In this document: piece by piece, positions 54,255-64,000 of the stretch | Layout: the number at the start of each line of letters is the position of its first letter | Numbering within the stretch: the first letter of the stretch is position 1 | Source of the DNA: Eledone cirrhosa | Taxonomy: Eukaryota | Reading direction: 5' to 3' | Assembly: GCA_964016885.1 (NCBI GenBank) | Contig: OZ024747.1 | Coordinates: forward strand, 85,684,001 to 85,748,000 | DNA length: 64,000 bases | Notes under the pieces: generated by a model | Databases searched by the model: none | What the model was told of the DNA's origin: nothing | The model's input: only the letters and a program-made list of their open reading frames with translations | Made by a program: the position numbers and the translations under genes

Positions 54255-54440
54255 TATATATAATGTGTGTGTGTATGTATACATCTACATGTGTAAATGT
54301 ATGTATATATATATATGTGTGTGTGTATACATCTACATGTGTAAATGTATGTATATATATATGTGTATGTATACACTTACATGTGTAAATGTATGTATAT
54401 ATATATATATATGTGTGTATGTATGTATGTATACATCTAC

Positions 54441-54480
<40 letters not shown>

Positions 54481-55700
54481 GTGTGTGAGTATATGTATGC
54501 ATCTACATGCGTAAATGTATATATATATATGTGTGTGTGTATGCATACATCTACATATGTAAATGTATATATATATATACATGTGTGTGAGTATATGTAT
54601 ACATTTACATGTGTATATGTGTGTGTTTGTATACATCTACATGTGCAAATGTATGTATATATATATGTGTGTGTGTGTGTATGTATACATCTACATGTGC
54701 AAATGTATGTATATATATATGTGTGTGTGTGTATGTATACCTCTACATGTGCAAATGTATGTATATATATGTGTGTGTGTGTGTATACATCTACATGTGT
54801 AAATGTATCTATATATATATATGTGTGTATGTATACATCTACATGTGTAAATGTATCTATATATATGTGTGTGTATGTATACATCTACATATGTAAAATC
54901 CATTGGATTTCTGGTGTTTTACAAAGCGAAACCGATCGGTAAGGGCCAAAAGAATAGGTAAATATTTAAATTATATTTTTTAATTTATTTAAAAAAATTG
55001 GTTGAATTTTGCTTGTTCTGCTTATCTTAATATTATAGTTCTGGTATGTCAAATTAATACCATTGAACAACCCTGTATCATAGACAACCTATATATTTCC
55101 AGGAGTACTAAGTACCCACGGGCATATTAACTTCTTCTATGTAAATATATATATATATATACATATGTGTGTGTGTATGTATACATCTACATGTGTAAAT
55201 ATGTGTGTATGTATGCATCTACATATGTAAATATATATGTGTGTGTATGTATACATCTACATGTGTAAATGTATATATATATATATGTGTGTATACATCT
55301 ACATGTGTAAATGTATGTACATATATATGTGTGTGAGTGTATGTATACATCTACATGTGTAAATGTATGTATATATGTGTTTGGTGTGTATATATACATC
55401 TACATGTGTAAATGTATCTATATATATATATTTATGTGTGTGCGTGTGTGTATGTATACATCTACATGTGTAAATGTATATATGTGTGTGTATATATCTA
55501 CATGTGTAAATGTATGTATATATATGTGTGTGTATGTGAATGTATACATCTACATGTGTAAATGTATCTATATGTATATATAGTGTGTGTGTAAATGTAT
55601 ATCTCTCTCTCTCTATATATATATGTATACATCTACATGTGTAAATGTATGTATGTATATATATATATGTATTATATATACATGTGTGTGTGTGTGTTTG
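54255..55700. repeat. Compound satellite: tatacatctacatgtgtaaatg units separated by variable (TA)/(TG) tracts
   Basis: Dozens of visible copies of the core. Confidence 0.9.
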
Positions 55701-56355
55701 TCTATGAATGTGTATACAGTAGATGTTAGATTATTTGACCTACCGACAGAGAAGAAAAAAAGTCATAAATTATTTTGCACTCAGTGACTTCTGAATTTCC
55801 GACAATTATCCAAGGTTTCAGAAGTTCCAGCACAGACACCACCACCTCCACCATTACTGTCATCTACACTGTCACTGACATTATCCTCACCATCTACACC
55901 TCCGCTGGCATCATCTACATCGCCACTGACATCATCATCATCAACACCTACATGCCCCCTCCAAAAAAAAAAAGAAAAAAAAACACTACTGACATCATCC
56001 CTACACCTTCTAAACTACTACCACCTACACTATCGCTGCAACCTCCTACATCGTCATCACTACCACCACCTACACTACCCACACAAACATCTACACCTTC
56101 GTTACCACATACTCCACCACCAACAACTACTACGCCGCCACCACCACCACAAGTACATACCCCTACCTAGCACACCACCAAAACAACCAACAGCAATATC
56201 ATCATTGCCACCACCTTTAACAAGATCTTTCATCTTTATCGGCCCTTCCCATCACTATTACGATCCCCACCATTTCTACCATGACTATCACCACTGACAA
56301 CAACGTCACCATCTCAACCACAATCAATAACAACACTACAACCACCAACAAATAT

Positions 56356-56815
56356 GTGAAGGTTTATTGGTTAGGGTACTTGGCTCACAATCTTAAGGTC
56401 GGGAGTTCAATTCCGAGCGGCGCGTTTTGTCCTTGAGCAAGACACGGTATTTCACATTGACCTAGACCAGGGATTCCCAAAGTGGGTTTGGTAAAACCCA
56501 AGTGTACTACAAAAGAGGGTCTAGGGTTCCATGAAAAAAAGTAGAGGAGTATATATATATATTACGACCATATAACAGTATTAGACTTTGGGGTTGCCCC
56601 AAAAGTTTCTGAATCAAAAAGGGTTCGGCGTTTGGAAACCCTGCTCTAGTCTATTCCACTGACAAAAATGTATTGTACCTGCAATTCACATAAATATCCT
56701 TGTCACACCGAATTTTCCAGAGTACTACGTTACTGATACACGTGTCTGTGAAATGCTCAGCCATTTGCACGTTAAATTCACGTTGATTGAATCAGCTGGA
56801 ACTGATGGAGGTCCA
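56356..56815 (+). mobile_element. tRNA-SINE with nested hAT-like MITE (56468-56643)
   Basis: B box gagttcaattcc and ccttgagcaagacac core. The MITE has CAGGGATTCCCAAA...TTTGGAAACCCTG TIRs and CTAG-centred 8-bp flanks (acctagac / ctctagtc). Confidence 0.75.
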
Positions 56816-57805
56816 ACAACATATATGTATATTTTGAAATAAGTTGTTCACACTTTCACCCGTTCCACCATCAACGACAACACCACTACCACATCTATCA
56901 CGTATATCACATTATACCACTACCACCACCGCCAGCACTATCACCCTCCACAATTCCACACCACCACTACCACCAAAATTTCACACCACCACCGCCAGCA
57001 CTATCACCCGCCACAATTCCTCACCACCACTACCACCAAAATTCCACACCACCACCGCCAGCACTATCACTCACCACCACTACCACCAAAATTCCACACC
57101 ACCACCACTAGCACTATCACCACAACTTCACATCACCACCACCGCCACTACTATCATCACAACCAAAGTAGAAGTAGAGATACTATTCCAACATTATGAA
57201 CAAGTTTTTTCCTGTCTCTTATATTGTAGTCAAGGAGATAAAAGAGAAGTATTTTGGAGCAAGTGTAGTAACCACCCGGACATTATCTCAGATGGAAAAC
57301 TCTTCTCTCAGACTAGGACATTGTAATCCCTAATCTCAATTTTTAACATTCAAAAATTAAACCAATCTCGCTCAGTCCAGCACACATATTTTATAATATG
57401 GACCTGCACAAAACAAACTCGAGGGTAATTATATATAACCTATCGCTTCTTGGCTGGTCTTCCACACTCATTTTCTCTGATATCAAAACATCTTGGTAGT
57501 TATTTGGGGATTCAGTTACTGTCGTATGCTCTAACAACACCTCGTTATGTCCAGTGAACAAAATTTGATGCAAACTCACAAGAGAGAGAGAGAGAGAGAG
57601 GCCTTCATAAAGAAAATAGAGAAATTGAAATTCAGCAAAAATACTTTCAGATGGTTTCTGGATAAATTTATTCCAGAAATTCCAAATATGTTTCAATCAA
57701 CTCGAGTGGTCCATGATGCTTCCCTATTTCATGTTATTAAGTTAAATATCACCATATATATATATATATATAGAGTATATATATATATATAGTATATATA
57801 TATAT

Positions 57806-57836
<31 letters not shown>

Positions 57837-57872
57837 TGTATATATATATATATATTGTATATATATATATAT

Positions 57873-57907
<35 letters not shown>

Positions 57908-58059
57908 ATAATAATAAATGTGAAGACAAATCTAAAGAGGGCTCGATAAGGATAAATATATATCAAATATATAAGAACCCTAGAGCAAATATTTATTAAA
58001 ATAACATTAAAGTTTAAGCAAAGAATTTTTGGATTCTTTGCTTAAACTTTAATCTGTTA

Positions 58060-58096
<37 letters not shown>

Positions 58097-58101
58097 TGTT
58101 A

Positions 58102-58139
<38 letters not shown>

Positions 58140-58598
58140 ATATATATATATGGTGATATTTAACACACGCACAGACACTCCGACCCCCCCCCCCCACACA
58201 CACACACACCTCTTCCTGAACATGCAACCCCGTTCTTCCCCCAACCCTTACTTTCACATACACACACACACACACGCACGCACACCTACACACACACACA
58301 CCACCTTCAGCCCTGCCCGCTCGGACACCCCGTCTCCCTCTCTCCACTCCACCCGCCACCACCCCTACACACCCCACACCCTTCCACCACCTGTTTACCC
58401 CCCTTTTAATTTCAGTTTATTTTGATCATGCCTTTATTTTTAAATTTATCTCATTCCTTGTATTTTGATCATGCTTTATTTTTATTTTTATTTTTATCTT
58501 TATTTTTTATTTTTTCATTCGCACCGTTTCCTTTCGCTATATGTCTCTCCACTACTCCCCTACACACCCTTTGAACTCTGTTCCCACACACTTCTCAC

Positions 58599-58629
58599 CT
58601 GAGGAAGGGCTTATGCCCGAAACGTCGTC
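58599..58629 (+). ncRNA. Minimal hammerhead core of a Penelope-like terminal repeat
   Basis: CTGAGGA-a-GGGC-ttat-GCCC-GAAAC-gtc-GTC followed by AATAAA (~58665) and (TA)n. Helix I is not evident. Confidence 0.65.
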
Positions 58630-58716
58630 CCCCACCAACACCCCACTCTCCAGAGCGTGAAATTAATAAACATTCGTTGTACTGCCTCTCTGTTTTGTCC
58701 CTGTTCAAATTTTTCC

Positions 58717-58756
<40 letters not shown>

Positions 58757-58796
58757 GATTGGTGCTCTGAAATAGCGATGTATACATAAATGTATG

Positions 58797-59171
58797 TATA
58801 GTATATTTGGTAATATACCGTATGTTTAATTAAAAACATTTAGAAGACCATGCGCTATCGGTTTTAAAGTAGTGACTATGTCACTTACTTCTCTTTGGCA
58901 AAAGAAGGGAGAGAAGCTAACAGTCTGTTTCACGTTGGTTGGCGATCATCAGAGCCACGCACCCCCTGCTTCCGCTGAAAATTATAGGAGCGGCGGGAGC
59001 AGGGTGTGCGTGACTCTGATGATTGCCAACCAGCGTGAAACAGACTGTTAGCTTCTCTCCCTTCTTTTGCCAAAGAGAAGTAAGTGACATAGTCACTACT
59101 TTAAAACCGATAGCGCATGGTCTTCTAAATGTTTTTAATTAAACATACGGTATATTGCCAAATATACTATA
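58797..59171. mobile_element. Palindromic element with 181-bp arms, each carrying a hammerhead motif
   Basis: Arms 58797-58977 and 58991-59171, 7 mismatches, no indels. CTGATGA...GAAAC-agact-GTT at 59016-59049 (+), mirrored at ~58919-58952 (-). Confidence 0.85.
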
Positions 59172-59285
59172 TATATATTCATATATATGGCGATATTTAA
59201 ATTAGGATATATAACTACATCTAATGCTGCAGTCAAATCAGTCCATAATACATTCTAACAGCCGGAGGCTTGTGAGTATCCCCAC

Positions 59286-59468
59286 CTATGTAGTCATTTC
59301 TGGAGCCACATCTGAACAGTGAAGTTTCCATCTTCCCTCCAAATCTACAGCATCAGAGCCACGGAACTTTGTTGAGGAAATCCCGACTATATCTCGCCGG
59401 TAGCGTCTAGCCTCTTTCAACTGATTCCTGTTCCTTACCTGTAAGGGTTGTGATGTTCTGGGTTCCAA
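59286..59468 (-). mobile_element. LINE apurinic endonuclease N-terminal fragment
   Basis: LKEARRYRRDIVGISSTKFRGSDAVDLEGRWKLHCSDV resembles the RTE APE start (DIVGLSET..G.G). Confidence 0.7.
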
Positions 59469-60217
59469 TTGTAAAGGTTTGCTCCCTTCCGAACCCTCTT
59501 TGGGGGTCTCGGGATACGCAATCTTTGTGGATCCATCTCATGTCTTGAAGTAATTATAGTCACCGAAGAAGTCACAAAATGTATGACGAAAGAACTTTGG
59601 CAAAATAACGAATAACTAGTAATAAAGATAGAGTAAAAAGGTGAAACTCATATGGTGCTTGTGTTTCTTTTTATTGGCAATACTGGCAATATGACCATCT
59701 CCAAATACAAATATGACAATATAATAATAAATGCCTCCACACACATACACTCACACCTACACATACACACACATAGACTCATACGTACACATACACACAC
59801 ACACATAGACTCACACGTACACACACACACAAAACTGAAACCTCACAGACTTTACAAGAGTGTGGGACACAGATTGAAGCTACGCACGTCTATCAATTTC
59901 TCCACTTCGACACATAAATTGACTCCTGTGATTTTTTTTTTGTTTCATTTATGAACTGCACGCACGCACACACACACATACACACACACACACACACATA
60001 TATGTGTGTGTGTGTGTGTGTGAGTCCCGGGTTCAATCAGAGGTAACCACAGTAAGATACTCAATACATTAGTAGACTGTATACAACATTTAATATATTA
60101 AATTTTGTTTATATATATATATATATATGTGTACATATGTATGTATAAATATATATGTATATGTACTGTATATATGTTTATATATCTATCTATATATGTA
60201 TATATATATCTATGCAC

Positions 60218-60281
<64 letters not shown>

Positions 60282-60491
60282 AAAAAAAGATGAAATCGAA
60301 AATGCAACTATTTAAAAAAATATATATATATTTATTTGGTTCCTTTACCGGTTTCGCAGTTCTTCTGCTTTTCAAAAGTAGAGTTGAGATGGAGGGTCTG
60401 TGGTTTTTCTCACATCTGTATATATATATTTAGTTTCAGAAGATTCCGTTAAGGGTGAAAGCAGCGATTCTTTGCTTAAACTTTAATCTGT

Positions 60492-60527
<36 letters not shown>

Positions 60528-60570
60528 CGTTTCTGAATTTGTTTAGCAAGATTCTTTATCTGAAAACGTG

Positions 60571-61143
60571 TGCCAATAAGAAACACACGCACCAGTTGTT
60601 TCACTTCAATTTATTATAATAAATTTATAAATTTCCGGTTGGTTGGTTGGTTCCACAACCAGATGGTTGTTTATATATATTGTCAAAGTTCTTTCGTCAC
60701 ACATTCTGTGATCTCTTCAGTGACTGGGGATCCTTTTCTTTGTCTTTTGTGCCTCTCCTTTGTTCTGTCCTACGCCATCTTGTTTTTGTGTGTGTGTTGT
60801 GTGCTTAGTTTGCGCATGTGTTACATCCGGGTGTCTGTGTGTGTTTATAGTCGTTTATTTATTTGTTTATTTACATGTTACTGGTTGGTTGTTTGTTCTA
60901 TGTGCGTGTGTGTTTTCATTTTGTCCTTAATTGTAAGTGTTCCACTCATGTTTTCTATTTAATTTTGGTTGTAATTCATTTATGTTTGAGGTCACAGAAT
61001 GTGTGACGAAAGAACTTTGACAATATATAAACAACCATCTGGTTGTGGAACCAACCAACCGGAAATTTATAAATTCCTAAATTTATAAATTTATTATAAT
61101 AAATTGAAGTGAAAGGAACTGGTGCGTGTGTTTCTTATTGGCA
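60571..61143. mobile_element. Inverted-repeat element (Penelope pLTR-like) with hammerhead on the - strand
   Basis: Arms ~60571-60714 and ~60988-61143. Minus strand 60682-60724: gtca-CTGAAGA-gatcaca-gaatg-tgtgac-GAAA-gaac-TT-tgac. Related copy at 59559-59679. Confidence 0.8.
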
Positions 61144-61195
61144 ACATGACCCTCCCAAAGTATAACAATATATATATATATACATATATATATGT

Positions 61196-61294
<99 letters not shown>

Positions 61295-61711
61295 CCTATA
61301 ATGAAACGAGACGTCCGTCTGGGAAGACATATATTCGATATGTCTCATATGAAATAATACAGCCAATTTTCCACGCAATACATTTAGTTAGCACCCCGAA
61401 CGTTTAATTAGGAATATACTCACTTATCTCCTAATGTTTGTTGAGTGAGTTGGAATTTGGCCGGAGTATCGCTAAAAAGCTTTCTCCGATAATGTATTTA
61501 TTATATATATATCTAAGCACTCACCAATACATATATTCGGTAAACTAACCACGATAATAGCCATAACAACAATCTAGTAATTTGTATTGTAAAAATAATA
61601 TAAGAATCTATCTATCTATCTATTTATCTATTAGTCTCTCTCGCTCAACGTTAGTTCTTGTGTGGTAACCCTGTGATAAACAGGCGAAACTCCAGTAGAC
61701 TCACGTTTTAG

Positions 61712-61755
<44 letters not shown>

Positions 61756-61907
61756 GAAAGTAGAGAAATTAATGTGAGCAAGAAGCCAACAGTATTTCAT
61801 AATATATAAGTGACTATAACGTCAAAATGGAAATATATATATAAGGCTAAAGATGATATATAAATGCATACATCATATGTCTATTTATCAATTAATTCCC
61901 CCCCCCC

Positions 61908-62003
<96 letters not shown>

Positions 62004-62229
62004 GTACATGTGTCAATGTATGTATATCTCTATGTGTCTATATATGTGTGTGTGTGTGTGTGTGCGCGATATTTTATTACACTTCACTCCGTCGCCATGT
62101 TTGTTTGAAGTAAAAGAGGTGACTCGGTGCAACTTTTGTCGATCGAGAAATAAAGAAAAAAATAGCAGATGAAATTGGAGAGGGAGGGGGAGGTGTTCTC
62201 TTATATGGAAGCTTTATTACAGTCTTACT

Positions 62230-62894
62230 GTTGCAGTTGTTATTGTTCTTGTTTTGATGTTGGTGATGGTGTTGTTGTTGGTGATGTTATTGGTGTTGTT
62301 GTTGGTGTTGTTGTTCTTGTTGGTATTATTGGTAATGTTGTTATTGGTGTTGTTGTTGATGTTTTTTGTTGGTGATGTTGTTATTGGTGTTGTTGTTGAT
62401 GTTGTTGTTATTGTTGTTGTTGTTGTTGTTGGTGATGGTGTTGTTGTTGGTGATGTTGTTGGTGTTGTTGTTGGTGTTGTTGTTCTTGTTGGTATTATTG
62501 GTATGTTGTTGGTAATGTTGTTATTGGTGTTGTTGATGTTTTTTGTTGGTGTTGTTTTTATTGGTGTTGTTGTTGATGTTTTTTGTTGGTGATGTTGTTA
62601 TTGGTGTTGTTGTTGATGTTGTTGTTATTGTTGTTGTTGTTGGTGATGTTGTTATTGGTGTTGTTGTTGGTGATGGTGTTGTTGGTATGTTGGTGGTGAT
62701 GGTGTTGTTGTTGGTGATGTTATTGGTGTTGTTGTTGTTGTTGGTGTTGGTGATGTTGTTGTTGTTGTTGGTGTTGGTGTTGTTGTTGTTGTTGTTGGTG
62801 TTGTTGTTGGTGTTGGTGTTGGTGTTGGTGTTGTTGGTGTTATTGTTGTTGTTGTTGGTGTTGGTGTTATTGTTGTTGTTGGTGTTGTTGGTGT

Positions 62895-62932
<38 letters not shown>

Positions 62933-64000
62933 GTGTTGTTGTTGGTGTTGTTGGTGTTGGTGTTGTTGTTGTTGGTGTTGGTGATGTTTTGTTGTTGGTG
63001 TTGTTGTTGGTGTTGTTGTTGTTGTTGTTGTTGTTGGTGCTGTTGTTGTTGTTGGTGTTGTTGGTATTGTTGTTGTTGTTGTTGTTGTTGCTGTTGTTGG
63101 TGTTGGTGTTGTTGTTGTTGTTGGTGTTGTTGTTGGTGTTGTTGGTGTTGGTGTTGTTGCTGTTGTTGGTATTGGTGTTGTTGGTGTTGGTGTTGTTGTT
63201 GGTGTTGTTGTTGGTGTTGGTGTTGTTGTTGTTGTTGTTGGTGTTGGTGTTGTTGTTGTTGGTGTTGTTGTTGTTGGTGCTGGTGTTGGTGTTGTTGTTG
63301 GTGTTGTTGTTGTTGCTGTTGTTGTTGTTGGTGTTGATGTTGTTGTTGTTGGTGTTGTTGTTGTTGGTGTTGTTGTTGGAGTTGGTGTTGGTGTTGTTAT
63401 TGTTGTTTTTGATGTTGTTGTTGTTGTTGTTATTGTTTTTATGGCATTTGTGGTGGATGTTTTAGTCCTGTTTTTGTTGTTAACAGTCTTGTATTCTGAA
63501 TATCATTACCACCATCCCCATCATCACCACCATCATAACCAGCATCATTACCACCAGCATAATCACACCCATCATCACCACCATCATTACCACCATCACC
63601 AACATCATCATCATCACCACCATCATCACCACCATCATCACCATCATCACAAGAATCATCATCATCACCACCATCATTGACATCACTACAACCATCATCA
63701 TCATTACTAACATCATTATCACCACTACCACCATCCCCATCAACACTACCACCATAATCACCAGCATCATCATCACACCAGCATCACCATCACTACCACC
63801 ACCACCATCACCATCACCACTACCACCATAATCACCAGCATCATCACCACTACCTCCACCATCACCACTACCACCATCACCACCACCATCACCATCACCA
63901 CTACCACCACCACTACTATCATCATCACCACTACCACCATCACCACTACCATCATCACCACTACCACCATCACCACCACTATCACCATGACCACGACCAC
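62230..64000. repeat. Low-complexity (GTT/GGT)n tract followed by (CAT/CAC)n tract
   Basis: Direct reading; produces the poly-L/V/C/H ORFs. Confidence 0.95.

Noticed and set aside
54194-55787. Cys/Tyr/His-rich ORFs
   Set aside because: Dinucleotide microsatellite and satellite translations.
62169-64000. Poly-Leu/Val/Cys/His ORFs and possible fold-back between the TG-rich and CA-rich tracts
   Set aside because: Simple trinucleotide repeats; any complementarity is compositional, not specific.

Overview
AT-rich, repeat-dense eukaryotic DNA. Its (TA)n/(CA)n tracts, Nin- and V-domain tRNA-SINEs, RTE LINEs and a stray C2H2 fragment suggest an octopus/coleoid genome (inference). Three protein genes are supported: (1) the last two exons of a + strand single-pass membrane protein with three PY motifs (16.5-17.6 kb); (2) an intronless TRMT6 on the - strand (35234-36721); (3) a 13-exon mitochondrial tyrosyl-tRNA synthetase YARS2 on the + strand (37542-52323), head-to-head with TRMT6. 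I assembled the YARS2 exons by hand to 1440 nt / 479 aa with consistent phases. The rest is Tc1/mariner, RTE, SINE and MITE remnants plus minisatellites. The most unusual signal is at least 10 intact or decayed minimal type-I hammerhead ribozyme motifs (CUGANGA...GAAA...UH) from several sequence-unrelated families. Most lie near (TA)n tracts, and several sit inside long near-perfect palindromes, clustered at 54-62 kb. They probably derive from Penelope-like elements or retrozymes. YARS2 intron 3 also carries decayed copies of its own exon segments.
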